Below, one piece after another: positions 10,291 to 20,122 of a stretch of DNA of 64,000 nucleotides. The notes under the pieces were generated by a model that saw only the letters and a list, made by a program, of their open reading frames with translations, did not search any database and was not told the DNA's origin. The first letter of the stretch is position 1. The number at the start of each line of letters is the position of its first letter. Source of the stretch: Candidatus Omnitrophota bacterium (GTDB lineage: Bacteria; Omnitrophota; Gorgyraeia; Zapsychrales; Zapsychraceae); the NCBI GenBank assembly GCA_050250375.1, contig JBFWOS010000001.1, forward strand, positions 1,086,361-1,150,360. Direction: 5' to 3'. A program made the position numbers and the translations under genes.

Positions 10291-10656
10291 TTACTTAAAC
10301 CATAATATGACCGGAAAAATTACGCTAATCCAGATCATCAAAAATATTGTTAGATTGAAATTTCTGTATATCATCCCGGAGAATTTCGGAGAAACGGAAA
10401 AAAACCTCCCGGCGATCTTGCACCGGTATAAAGGAATAAACGGCTTCTTATGAATAAGGTTCAGATTCGCCCGGATAACGACCATAAGAAAATTTTTCGT
10501 CCGTCTGGCCGTTGGAACGACAAAACTGAATAAATAAAAAAAGGGCAGCACAACAGCCGACGCAACCAGCATCGGCACAGACAGTGTCAGCAAACCGAAC
10601 AAATTCGGCCCCTTATCTTCCATACTATAACCGCAACAACCTGTTTCACCAATCAT
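10291..10656 (-). CDS. Small membrane protein, unknown function (N-terminal GCCG)
   Basis: 121 aa, two hydrophobic segments, 4-nt gaps to both neighbours. Confidence 0.65.
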   Translation of the reverse strand: MIGETGCCGYSMEDKGPNLFGLLTLSVPMLVASAVVLPFFYLFSFVVPTARRTKNFLMVVIRANLNLIHKKPFIPLYRCKIAGRFFSVSPKFSGMIYRNFNLTIFLMIWISVIFPVILWFK

Positions 10657-10660
10657 AAGA

Positions 10661-11515
10661 TTACCTTTCGATCAGTTTATACAATCTGCTTTCCGGGCCT
10701 TTTTCCACAAACTGATCCAGCTCCCGGGTAAAAGTCGCGATCTTGTCCTTATAAAAGACAAGAGTCGCTTGCTGATATTCATCATAAGTATGATCCGCCA
10801 GGTACAACCATTTTACAAAAATATTAAAAAGAATAAACTGAAAACAGCGCGGCTGCATTTTACGGTCCAACGCGGTGCCTTTGACATTTTCAGACGGCAT
10901 CAGACCGAGTTCATAAAGCTTCCGCCCGGTCGTTTGTGTCTGCGTCGCTGTATTACAAGAAGTCTTGTTGTCCTGCGTAAAAAATCGCTCCAATCTGAGA
11001 CGGTCAGTAAATTCCAGATCCTGCGGGCCATCATATTTAAAGACCGGATTGGTGTAAGTAATCCCAAAACGGGCGTACATGTCCCCGTATTCATTAATGA
11101 TTGTAGCCATCTGGTCGGGAAAAAGGTGCATCCCCTGATTCGCGCCGTCACAGACATTGGGTATTTGGTTCTCGAGGCAAAAGATCGCGGTACGCACATG
11201 CATGGCCAGCTTGCATAATCCGCAAATAGTCAGCAGAAAAAAGCCATGTTTTTTAATATTGCTCAAATATCGTTCGTAAAACACATACCGTGTCAGTTTC
11301 TCTACCTTGATGATATGAAACTCAAATTTATTCTGACCGTATTTATCCTGCAGTTTTTTGACATTAATCATCGGATTGGTGACCGAAGAAAACGCAAACC
11401 GGTCGTAGGTGATCAAATGGATCTTGTCGTATTTTTCGGCCATTAACGCGGCCGTTAATGTCGAATCTGTCCCTCCGGAAAATAATGTCGCTGTTTCATT
11501 TCGTCTCATAAACAA
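10661..11515 (-). CDS. PP-loop (adenine nucleotide alpha-hydrolase) ATPase with CxxC + C motif
   Basis: LFSGGTDST PP-loop; ICGLCK; DGAN; QPRCF. Confidence 0.75.
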   Translation of the reverse strand: MFMRRNETATLFSGGTDSTLTAALMAEKYDKIHLITYDRFAFSSVTNPMINVKKLQDKYGQNKFEFHIIKVEKLTRYVFYERYLSNIKKHGFFLLTICGLCKLAMHVRTAIFCLENQIPNVCDGANQGMHLFPDQMATIINEYGDMYARFGITYTNPVFKYDGPQDLEFTDRLRLERFFTQDNKTSCNTATQTQTTGRKLYELGLMPSENVKGTALDRKMQPRCFQFILFNIFVKWLYLADHTYDEYQQATLVFYKDKIATFTRELDQFVEKGPESRLYKLIER

Positions 11516-11696
11516 CCTGCTCCTGTTTTGCTTTCTCCAGCTCTTTCAGAATGAACTTCAAAATAACGATATACGAAAGGTAAATGAACTGGGTGATCCA
11601 CCCCAGAATTTCAATGTAGACACACCTCATCTTCCAGGGCATGATCAGTCCAAAACCGCATAAGAGTATCGCCAAAATTTTCCTGATCGTCTTCAT
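11496..11696 (-). CDS. Small hydrophobic protein, unknown function
   Basis: 66 aa, in operon, overlapping the PP-loop gene start. Confidence 0.55.
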   Translation of the reverse strand: MKTIRKILAILLCGFGLIMPWKMRCVYIEILGWITQFIYLSYIVILKFILKELEKAKQEQVVYETK

Positions 11697-11701
11697 TTAT
11701 T

Positions 11702-13195
11702 TTATCCGCTGGCGGCCATAAAAGATTCTTTCTCCTGTTTACCCGTCTGTCCCTCCGTTACAGACTGCAGGATATACGCTTGTATGATCAATCCCAAAGC
11801 GTTCATTAAATTTTGGGCGTATTTCCACTTATCCGGATACTTTCTAAATCCCCGCCTGATACGGCTCCATTTGAAATAAAAACGCCGCTGTGCCTTTAAA
11901 ATCATCCGGTTTAAATCCTCAGGCGACACTTCCGCTTGTGAACGTTTAACCGAATAATAAGCGATATCTTTAATCTGTTCAAAGATTTTCCGGTTGTCGG
12001 CCGATTCCTTAAAACCGGATTCGTAAATTTTATTAACGTCGTCATAATCAGTCGCTTTAAAAAACGAAGCCACATCTAATTCAGAGTTGACGGCAAAATC
12101 GATGGTCCGGTTAATCTCTTCTTCCGATTCGGATAAATGCCCAAGCATAAAATACCCGCCGGTAATGATCCCTCTCTCTGAAGTCTTGGCAATCATCTCG
12201 TTCACCTGTTGGATATTCAGGTTCTTTCTAAAGGCCTTCTGCAATCGGGAAGATGCGGACTCGATCCCGTAAACTAATTTATAGGTTCCAGCCTGTTTCA
12301 ATAAATCCAGCAGTTCTTCCGTCATAATATCTGCCCTGACGCCATGAGGAAAGGCAAGACTGATGTTTAATCCGGCCTCAATGATCAACCGGCTGATCTT
12401 TTTAGCCCGTTCATTGTCATAGTTAAAAACGGCATCATAAATATGAAATTCTTTCGCCTCGAATCGGGTATGGAGATATTTTATTTCTTCGACCACATGT
12501 TCAGGGGAGCGGGCGAGAAATTTCTTTCCATAAGTTTCACGGCAAAACGTGCACTTAAAAGGACACCCCCGGGATGTAAGGATAGGAATATAAAAATCTT
12601 CCTTAAGCGCGCCGTTCCAATTGGAATACCGGGCATACTCTTTCACGTCGATTAGATCCCAGGCGAACGGGATTATATTGAACGCATCCAAATTTTCCGG
12701 ATATTCACGCGGGGATGTAGTCACAGTCCGATCGTCGTTCTTGTAGACCAATCCCGAAATATTTTGAAAGCCTCCCTTTTGGTTTCCCAAAACACCGATT
12801 AATTCTCCCACGGTCAGTTCAGGCTCCCCAACTACCACAAAATCAATATGCCGATCCTCACAAAGATATTGACTGGAAAATGTGGCCAACTGTCCAAACA
12901 CAACAACTTTAACCCAGGCCTTCCAACTCTTGGATAAAGCCGCCAGCCGATGGACCAGACCAGCCTCCCACGACAACGCGTAAAACACGACCACATCCGG
13001 ATCAAAATTCTCTATTTCCTTCCTGACATCATTCTCGGCCATATCGCCTATGCCGGTGTCCGTCACCTTGAACTCATACTTGTCCGGGAATCTTTCCTGG
13101 ATATGAGAAACGACATACAGAATCTCCAGAGGAGGGATCGGACCGCCCGTACCGACCGTAATATGCGTTCTAATTAAATGGATCTTCTTAATCAA
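11702..13195 (-). CDS. B12-binding radical SAM protein
   Basis: PPLEILY; GEPE; TSRGCPFKCTFC; YGIESAS. Confidence 0.9.
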   Translation of the reverse strand: MIKKIHLIRTHITVGTGGPIPPLEILYVVSHIQERFPDKYEFKVTDTGIGDMAENDVRKEIENFDPDVVVFYALSWEAGLVHRLAALSKSWKAWVKVVVFGQLATFSSQYLCEDRHIDFVVVGEPELTVGELIGVLGNQKGGFQNISGLVYKNDDRTVTTSPREYPENLDAFNIIPFAWDLIDVKEYARYSNWNGALKEDFYIPILTSRGCPFKCTFCRETYGKKFLARSPEHVVEEIKYLHTRFEAKEFHIYDAVFNYDNERAKKISRLIIEAGLNISLAFPHGVRADIMTEELLDLLKQAGTYKLVYGIESASSRLQKAFRKNLNIQQVNEMIAKTSERGIITGGYFMLGHLSESEEEINRTIDFAVNSELDVASFFKATDYDDVNKIYESGFKESADNRKIFEQIKDIAYYSVKRSQAEVSPEDLNRMILKAQRRFYFKWSRIRRGFRKYPDKWKYAQNLMNALGLIIQAYILQSVTEGQTGKQEKESFMAASG

Positions 13196-13207
13196 CAGCT
13201 TGTCCTT

Positions 13208-14671
13208 TCACATCTGAAAAACATTTTCTTTTTTCAATACAGCATAAATAGTCTCGGACATAATCTTATGCCCTTCATTCGTGCAGTGGTCGTCATCGAA
13301 AAAATATTTGCTCTTTGGTTCCAGCCCTTTAAAAGCCGCCTGGTGATCAATCACCGGCAGATGATACTCATCGGCAATCTTCCGGAGAACCTTATTGGCC
13401 ATCATATAGTCTGTCGGGTATAACTGGACAAACAACCGGATATTTTTTTTCTGACATGTCACCGCAACGCTCTTTAAATCATCATAAATCCATTGTTCAA
13501 TTCCAGAGTCCCATTTTTGTTTGTCTTTATAAATATTCAGGTTATTTGTAAAATTTTTACTCAGGGACAGTAACGGATTTTCCTCCTTCATAGTCATCAA
13601 TTTCTGATAGATATCTCGAGAGTCGTAATAACTTTGCAATTCATATAACTTATTCAACTCTGAAAAAAAATAGTCGGCATCAGGATCAACCGCAATCGCC
13701 CGAAGATAATGATCAATCGCCTTGTTATAGTGCAATTTTTTCTTGTGCCAATTCGCCAACTCAAAATTATAATAGGCCAGACCATCATACACCTGTTCCG
13801 ACTGTTGATTCATTTGATACGTTTTTTGTAACAAATCCTCAGCTTTATCAATATTATCCGTCTTATAATAAAAATGAACCAGAGCCAACGCCCCTTCAAT
13901 CGGACTGACCTGTTTGTTTTTCAAAGTTTCCTCTAATAACTCAATTCCCTTTTGCGATTCTCCTGTGTTAAACAAATGCCAGGCTTGTTCAAGATAATTA
14001 TATTCTTGAGGGGTCTTGATCCCTTCCCAATGCTCAAGATGCCCCATGTAATTATCATGCCTGGTAAAAATACTCCGCGTTGGTTTGAGATTCCTGAGCA
14101 TTAATTTCTTTTTCTGAAATTCTATGCCGTCACTTTGATCAACAGCCCAACTGATCCTGATAAACCGGGCCATTTTGACAACACGCAGTTCAAAAAACCA
14201 ATTCTTTAAGGATGACCATTTACTTTTTTTTGCGTATGCCTCATACGCCCAAGGATTAAAACGATTGGTAGCCCCCGCCAGAAGTAAGACGACTTTAGGA
14301 TGATATTTCGAAATCATGGCCGGAATCCGCTGAACCAGTTCATGAGTGTTCAGTTCGCAAATGCCCTGATTGTGTATCTTTACATGGTTGATCTGATTTC
14401 GTTGAAACAATTCTCTTAAATGCGAGGTATAGGTTTCGTGGGCTTCAACCATTCCTCCATGCGTGAATGAATCCCCAACGGCGATAATATCGGTAACATG
14501 CCCCACGCTCTCCGCGGCTGACTCCGTTTCATCCGTACGGTATTCTTCATCGTATTCATAATAGATTTTACCCACCACCCGAAGTCCAACTTCAAGGATA
14601 GTAAGGAAAAAAATAAAGCTGAACACACTCAATAGGATTTTTACGAATAATGGCGTTTTAATTTTCGACAT
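13208..14671 (-). CDS. Membrane-anchored SGNH/GDSL protein with TPR insert
   Basis: N-terminal TM LEVGLR; VGDSFTHG; AGATN; TPRs; DDDHCTNEGH. Confidence 0.75.
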   Translation of the reverse strand: MSKIKTPLFVKILLSVFSFIFFLTILEVGLRVVGKIYYEYDEEYRTDETESAAESVGHVTDIIAVGDSFTHGGMVEAHETYTSHLRELFQRNQINHVKIHNQGICELNTHELVQRIPAMISKYHPKVVLLLAGATNRFNPWAYEAYAKKSKWSSLKNWFFELRVVKMARFIRISWAVDQSDGIEFQKKKLMLRNLKPTRSIFTRHDNYMGHLEHWEGIKTPQEYNYLEQAWHLFNTGESQKGIELLEETLKNKQVSPIEGALALVHFYYKTDNIDKAEDLLQKTYQMNQQSEQVYDGLAYYNFELANWHKKKLHYNKAIDHYLRAIAVDPDADYFFSELNKLYELQSYYDSRDIYQKLMTMKEENPLLSLSKNFTNNLNIYKDKQKWDSGIEQWIYDDLKSVAVTCQKKNIRLFVQLYPTDYMMANKVLRKIADEYHLPVIDHQAAFKGLEPKSKYFFDDDHCTNEGHKIMSETIYAVLKKENVFQM

Positions 14672-14695
14672 AAAAGCCTTTCCTTAGATTTTATT

Positions 14696-14908
14696 TTAAA
14701 ACAAGGCGTAAATGGCCGGTAAAATAGACGAATTCCCAGCCAAATTTACAAAAATACTCAAAAAGGCCAATACAAACAACAAAGGCAAAAGCCACCATTT
14801 TTTATGTTCCTTGATCATTAAAAAAAGCTCAATCAATAAATCTTTGTTTGAACTGATTTTTGATTTTTTTCGTTTTGGTTTTAGGTCGTTTTTCTTTTCT
14901 TCGTTCAT
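14696..14908 (-). CDS. DUF5989-family small membrane protein
   Basis: KKWWLLPLL...SSILPAIYALF signature. Confidence 0.8.
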   Translation of the reverse strand: MNEEKKNDLKPKRKKSKISSNKDLLIELFLMIKEHKKWWLLPLLFVLAFLSIFVNLAGNSSILPAIYALF

Positions 14909-14936
14909 AATTTCCTGGTAAAGCCTAGTGTATTAT

Positions 14937-16220
14937 TCAACTTATTTTATTGAAGAATTTATTTTCAATCAAAACCTTATATATTGATTGGCTGATAATG
15001 GCATGCCCCAATTTATTCGGATGGATGGTGTCATGCTCAGGATCAAGAAACAAGTACTCATTACTTTTTTGAAAATAAGCGGAAAACTCATCAACAATAT
15101 CCACCAAAACTAACTGTTCTTCTCCGGCAATTTCCTGCATTATAATATTGTATTGTTTAGCCAGGGCTTTGCATTCATAAAGCTCCATGAGAACCGTCTT
15201 TTTAAAATAATTTTCGGCATCCGTTTTTTTGTTTAATTTCAAACTCAACTGTCCCAGATAATAATAAGCCCGGGCAGAATTCGGGTTTAATTCCAAAGCC
15301 GTTTTAAGACCCGCCAAAGCCCCCTCATAATCCTGTAGATTCGTTCTGCGGACAACTTGGTTGATTTTTTCATCAGCTTGCTTTTGGATTTCAGGCGAAA
15401 CATCTTCCGCTGACGGTAAATTCACCGGCATTTTTAACAGGACAACAGTGATGCCATTTTCTTTGGCCGTCTTGATTAAAGACTTCAGATTGTTCCGGTA
15501 ATCCAGGGCCGAAACTCTGCGTTGATTAACATATTCCCCGCTTCCGCGCTGACCAAAATACTGCAGTGACAATGCTTGCGATTGAAGGATAAATTTCTTA
15601 TAAGCAGTAAAAAATTTACTTCGATCTAAAAAATTTTCAATCGCGACCAATACGTCATTTTTAAGGCCTAACTCTTTATCACTCTTCCCATGGTTACGGT
15701 AAAAGCGGTATTTATCGACATCATTAATCACATATGCCACCGTAATTATATCCGGCGCAAGCGGCAGGATTTTTTCTTTAAAAAACCGTAGCCCCTGAAA
15801 TGAGCTGTAACCAATCTGTCCGGCATTAATGACCTCAATATTTGTACGGGTAAAAGTCTTACGCAGTGATTCTTCAAGCTGTTTGGCATAAACTTCATTT
15901 TGATCTACGCCCCAGCCGAACGTCGGTGATGCCCCCAGACAAACAATACGCACCTGTCCGTTCTTTTTTCCGAACGGACGATCACGCAGACCGAGTGCAT
16001 TTGTTCTTACCCGGGCTCCTTCAAAGACTATGTCCAGATGCGGTTTTTGTATCCAGAATAATCCGGTATCCTGCTGCAAAACGCTCCGGATCCTATCAAG
16101 ACGAGTTGGAGTCCCGGCCAGCCAATAGCCCGCCCCTTCGCCTAAGCATAAAAGGACCAGGAAAAAAATCAGCCCAATGAATGGGCCTCGACATTTATAC
16201 CATATTGAATTGTGTGTCAT
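14937..16220 (-). CDS. Membrane-anchored SGNH/GDSL protein with TPR insert
   Basis: TNALGLRD; CLGASPTFGWGV; INAGQIGYSS; YVIND; TPR; DTIHPNKLGH. Confidence 0.8.
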   Translation of the reverse strand: MTHNSIWYKCRGPFIGLIFFLVLLCLGEGAGYWLAGTPTRLDRIRSVLQQDTGLFWIQKPHLDIVFEGARVRTNALGLRDRPFGKKNGQVRIVCLGASPTFGWGVDQNEVYAKQLEESLRKTFTRTNIEVINAGQIGYSSFQGLRFFKEKILPLAPDIITVAYVINDVDKYRFYRNHGKSDKELGLKNDVLVAIENFLDRSKFFTAYKKFILQSQALSLQYFGQRGSGEYVNQRRVSALDYRNNLKSLIKTAKENGITVVLLKMPVNLPSAEDVSPEIQKQADEKINQVVRRTNLQDYEGALAGLKTALELNPNSARAYYYLGQLSLKLNKKTDAENYFKKTVLMELYECKALAKQYNIIMQEIAGEEQLVLVDIVDEFSAYFQKSNEYLFLDPEHDTIHPNKLGHAIISQSIYKVLIENKFFNKIS

Positions 16221-16223
16221 AAG

Positions 16224-17627
16224 CTATTTAATATACAGCATGCCTTTCGATAACCGATAAAACACATCCAGATTATTAATATAAAATGAAAAATATTTGT
16301 ACATGTGGCTGATAAAAAATTTGGGATTCAAAAATATCTTTTTATAAAAAGCGGCCCGGATTTCGGATAATTTCTTGGAATCCAGAGCGCTGAAATTCTT
16401 CCGGGGGATATCATAATGAAACATTTCCATAATTTCAGTATCATCCACCTGAAGTTTAAGCTGTTCATAACTCGTTGAACCCGGGTATGGACTGAAAAAA
16501 TGGATCTGCATAATATCAGGTTTCAATTCTTTGACAAGGGTAAAGGTTTCCTGAATTTCTTGTTCTGTTTCCGTCGGACTTCCAATGATCAGCAGCGCAT
16601 GGCTGGCGATCCCCAATTCTTTTGTGTAGTCAAAAACCTTTTTGGCCTGGCTGTTCCAGTCAATCTTTTTAAATGATTTAGTCAGCGATTGTACAATCCG
16701 GCTGGAACCTGATTCAACGCCGAACCGCAACAATATGCACCCGGCTTCTTTCATCGTCTTTAAAAGTTCATAATCCACGTTGTCAATGCGTGAGTGCGCC
16801 AACCATTTAATATCCACCGAACGGCGTTTGAGTTCAGCACATAAATTCTGGACATGCTGTCTGGATATCGTCAACAGATCGTCATCAAAACTGATCATAT
16901 TAATTCCTTGAGCCTGAAGCTGTTCAATTTCGTCCACGATGTTTTTAGCCGACCGCAACCGGGCTTTCGCTCCGTAACTTTCACGGGTCACCGGAGAACA
17001 AAAGGTGCATTTATACGGACACCCCCGGGAAGAAAGGATGTGCCCCCAATGAAGTTTCTTGGAAAGCTTGACCGGGTAAATAAACCGGTAATCCTTAATT
17101 TCCTCCTCGGTGTATTCTGGGAACGGAAGACTATCGAGGTCCGTCACTAAAAAATTCGGCTGTTTGCCTTCTTTAAACTTTTTATAACGCTCTTTTTCCT
17201 CCGAATAAGTACTTTCCCCATGTTTAATCCGTTGAATCAAATTAAACACTTCAAATTCCGCTTCGCCGGACAGATAAATATCCAAATCCGACGGAATAAA
17301 CTTTGTTTCAATAGAACCGACCGCAATCGACAATACGTTAATTTTGTTTTTTAGTTCCGAATTAAACCATCGGAATTCCTTTAAAGTAGAAACATTTACT
17401 GAATAGACAACAATATCCGGCTTCCAATGACCTGCTCTAACCAACAACTCGGCATTCTCAATACGGCCGGTCATGGCATCAAACAATCTGACTTCTGCAA
17501 AATTTGATTTTACAATTAACGCCTGAATATACTTTAATGTATATGGAGGGGAACAGTGATTGGGATGTTTAATCCGCTTGCTGTTCGGAAGATTTAGTCG
17601 GACTAAGGCAACTTTGATATCAGACAC
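16224..17627 (-). CDS. B12-binding radical SAM protein
   Basis: SPPYTLKY; GEAE; SSRGCPYKCTFC; AGCILLRFGVESGS. Confidence 0.88.
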   Translation of the reverse strand: MSDIKVALVRLNLPNSKRIKHPNHCSPPYTLKYIQALIVKSNFAEVRLFDAMTGRIENAELLVRAGHWKPDIVVYSVNVSTLKEFRWFNSELKNKINVLSIAVGSIETKFIPSDLDIYLSGEAEFEVFNLIQRIKHGESTYSEEKERYKKFKEGKQPNFLVTDLDSLPFPEYTEEEIKDYRFIYPVKLSKKLHWGHILSSRGCPYKCTFCSPVTRESYGAKARLRSAKNIVDEIEQLQAQGINMISFDDDLLTISRQHVQNLCAELKRRSVDIKWLAHSRIDNVDYELLKTMKEAGCILLRFGVESGSSRIVQSLTKSFKKIDWNSQAKKVFDYTKELGIASHALLIIGSPTETEQEIQETFTLVKELKPDIMQIHFFSPYPGSTSYEQLKLQVDDTEIMEMFHYDIPRKNFSALDSKKLSEIRAAFYKKIFLNPKFFISHMYKYFSFYINNLDVFYRLSKGMLYIK

Positions 17628-17642
17628 GGCTCGTTCCTCGCT

Positions 17643-19070
17643 TTATTGTCCATGGACAAAAACTAATCTCATCGACTTTTTAAACACAACCTTAAACTGG
17701 CTGAACGATTTAATTTCTTTCAGAATATTAATAAAAATTCTAGGCCGTGTATAAAATTTCCAGAACGCCTTCCTCTGAAGTTTAACCAAAGTTTCCCGCG
17801 GGATATTTTTTGGAGCGTATACGACACTGTTTATATAAAGCGAATCATACCAATTCTTGATTACTTTACCTTCCTGCTTGAGTTTATCGTACTCTATTAT
17901 CCCCGGGAAAGGCGAAAAATTGAAAAAATTAGCCCGGTCAATATTGAGACTGGCGGCAAAATTAATTGTTGCTTCAACATCTTCAATCGTTTCTTCCGGG
18001 TGACCCAGCATAAAAAATCCAGTCACACGAATTTTTGTTGTACTCTTGATAAGGTCAACCTTCTCTCGAATGGTCTCCAGAGAAACACATTTCTTGGTTA
18101 TCTTTAGCATTTTGGCCGTCCCCCACTCAATGCCGACACCGAAAGAATAACAACCCGCTTTTTCCATAAGCCTCAACAAATCCGCGTCCAACGTATCCAA
18201 CCGGATGCCGTTGGGACACGACCAATGGATTTTCAAATTATGATCAAGTAATCCGTGACAGAAATCTTCAACTAGTTTATGTTGCAACGTAAAATTGTCA
18301 TCTAATATATTGATTTCTTCGACGCCATATTTGTTCACAAGCAGTTGAATCTCATCCAGGATATTTTCGATGGAGCGTGTTCGCATTTTTTTGCCCGACA
18401 TACGTCCGGCGGCACAAAATGTGCATGGATATGGACATCCTCTGGTTGCGATAATCGGCGCGACTTTTTTCCTTTTTGAAAACACTCCGATCGGGGCCAA
18501 CGGATAATTATTCGGGCTCATGATATCCCACGGCGGATACGGCAGACTGTCCAAATCATCAATCATAACCCGTGGATTACAGATAATCTTGCCGTCTTTT
18601 TCCCGCCAGACAAGATTATCGACATCTTTTAGCCTGGCCGAATTAAGAGGGTCACTTTCCGTTTGAATGATATCCATCAATTGACAAATACCATGTTCTG
18701 CTTCGCCTCTGAACGAAAAATCAACAGAGGTTAATATCTCCAAAGTCTCTACCGGCTCAAGGATCGCATGCGGACCTCCAACAGCTGTAAATATATTTTT
18801 ATTAACTTCTTTGATTGCTTCCGTATACTTCTTGACGGCCCCGACGTAGGTCGTGAATAAATTAAATCCGATAAAATCATAACTTTTATCTATGATGTAC
18901 TCTTGAAAATGCGCAACATCAATCCTGTCCCTGACACAATCCAGTATTTCCACTTCATGCCCGGCTTTTATCAACGAAGCCGCCAAATAACCCAGACTGA
19001 TATTCGGGATAACGATGACATTAAATTTCTTTAGCGACCACGGATTGACTAACAATATTTTCATTATCAC
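17643..19070 (-). CDS. B12-binding radical SAM protein
   Basis: PNISLGYLAA; GGPHA; GEAE; ATRGCPYPCTFC; CPNGIRLD. Confidence 0.92.
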   Translation of the reverse strand: MIMKILLVNPWSLKKFNVIVIPNISLGYLAASLIKAGHEVEILDCVRDRIDVAHFQEYIIDKSYDFIGFNLFTTYVGAVKKYTEAIKEVNKNIFTAVGGPHAILEPVETLEILTSVDFSFRGEAEHGICQLMDIIQTESDPLNSARLKDVDNLVWREKDGKIICNPRVMIDDLDSLPYPPWDIMSPNNYPLAPIGVFSKRKKVAPIIATRGCPYPCTFCAAGRMSGKKMRTRSIENILDEIQLLVNKYGVEEINILDDNFTLQHKLVEDFCHGLLDHNLKIHWSCPNGIRLDTLDADLLRLMEKAGCYSFGVGIEWGTAKMLKITKKCVSLETIREKVDLIKSTTKIRVTGFFMLGHPEETIEDVEATINFAASLNIDRANFFNFSPFPGIIEYDKLKQEGKVIKNWYDSLYINSVVYAPKNIPRETLVKLQRKAFWKFYTRPRIFINILKEIKSFSQFKVVFKKSMRLVFVHGQ

Positions 19071-20122
19071 ACCCCAATTCTGTTTTTATAGGTCGGATGA
19101 TCGTGGATGAAAACCGGCAAATTTTCTACTCTGTCCAATGGATTGATATATTGATCAATGAAATTCTTATCCAAAGCGGCGATGCATGTTTTCTTTCGCT
19201 CACTAACCAATTTATGTGCCTGCAGTCTATCCCATATCTGTTCTAAACTTTCGTTACGGATATTGCCGTAAGAAATCTGAATGAACGCGCAGGGAATAAC
19301 ATGACCGAATGCCGTTATATAAATAATCTCTTTGCCGCACGGGCAACCATCTCCCAGAAAATTAACTTGTCCGGCCCAGCGGGCATGGGATGTCCTGACG
19401 ATTTTATGGAACGCTTCTTTGTTCTTTTCTGTCAGCAAAATATTCTCTTTCCCCCGCCATTCCCCGGATTTTGAGGCAGGATTAACTGTAATCGGCACAT
19501 TCAATTGTTCGGCAAACTTGATCACTTTCATTAAACCGTCATTTTCTAAATTCTGATTGGTGGCTACGGTACTAAGCATGAGTTCAATGCCGGATTCCCT
19601 AATCCATGGAATAGCCTGCATGATTTTCTCATAACATCCCTTAATTCCACGACTCTCATCGTGTTCTTTATGATCAGCGCTGTCCAGGCTGATCTGAACA
19701 ACATCCAGACCGGCTTCTTTTAATTCAAGAACTTTCTTTTTCGTTAACAGAACCCCATTGGTCGTGACGGCAACCAGCGATCTCGATTTTTTCGCAAAGC
19801 GAATAGCATCACATAAATGATGACACATCAGAGGCTCTCCGCCGATAAACTCAAAAGTAAATGCTCCCAATTTGATGGATTGAGTGATAATACTTTTGAC
19901 TTCCTCTAAACTTAATTGCGGGCTCTGGTCATTCTCAAGTGTCGTGGCAAAACAAAATTTACACTTGGCGTTACAACCCGCGATGATCGCAATATCAACT
20001 TTGCGCAAGACTTTCTTTTTTAGCACAAGTAAATCAAAATAATCCTTGGCTATCCGCGGCAAGACTACATAGCTTTTTGTGAGGATCCTACTGTGCTTTA
20101 GAATGTTTTTGAACTTGCTCAC
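19067..20122 (-). CDS. Radical SAM protein with twitch/SPASM C-terminal domain
   Basis: CNAKCKFC, GGEPL, TTNG, CPCG...GHVIPC. Start moved to GTG at 20122, which has a GAGG RBS (track start 20152). Confidence 0.88.
   Translation of the reverse strand: MSKFKNILKHSRILTKSYVVLPRIAKDYFDLLVLKKKVLRKVDIAIIAGCNAKCKFCFATTLENDQSPQLSLEEVKSIITQSIKLGAFTFEFIGGEPLMCHHLCDAIRFAKKSRSLVAVTTNGVLLTKKKVLELKEAGLDVVQISLDSADHKEHDESRGIKGCYEKIMQAIPWIRESGIELMLSTVATNQNLENDGLMKVIKFAEQLNVPITVNPASKSGEWRGKENILLTEKNKEAFHKIVRTSHARWAGQVNFLGDGCPCGKEIIYITAFGHVIPCAFIQISYGNIRNESLEQIWDRLQAHKLVSERKKTCIAALDKNFIDQYINPLDRVENLPVFIHDHPTYKNRIGV

Noticed and set aside
10661-11515. queC
   Set aside because: Lacks the C-terminal QueC zinc motif, and no queD/E/F is nearby.
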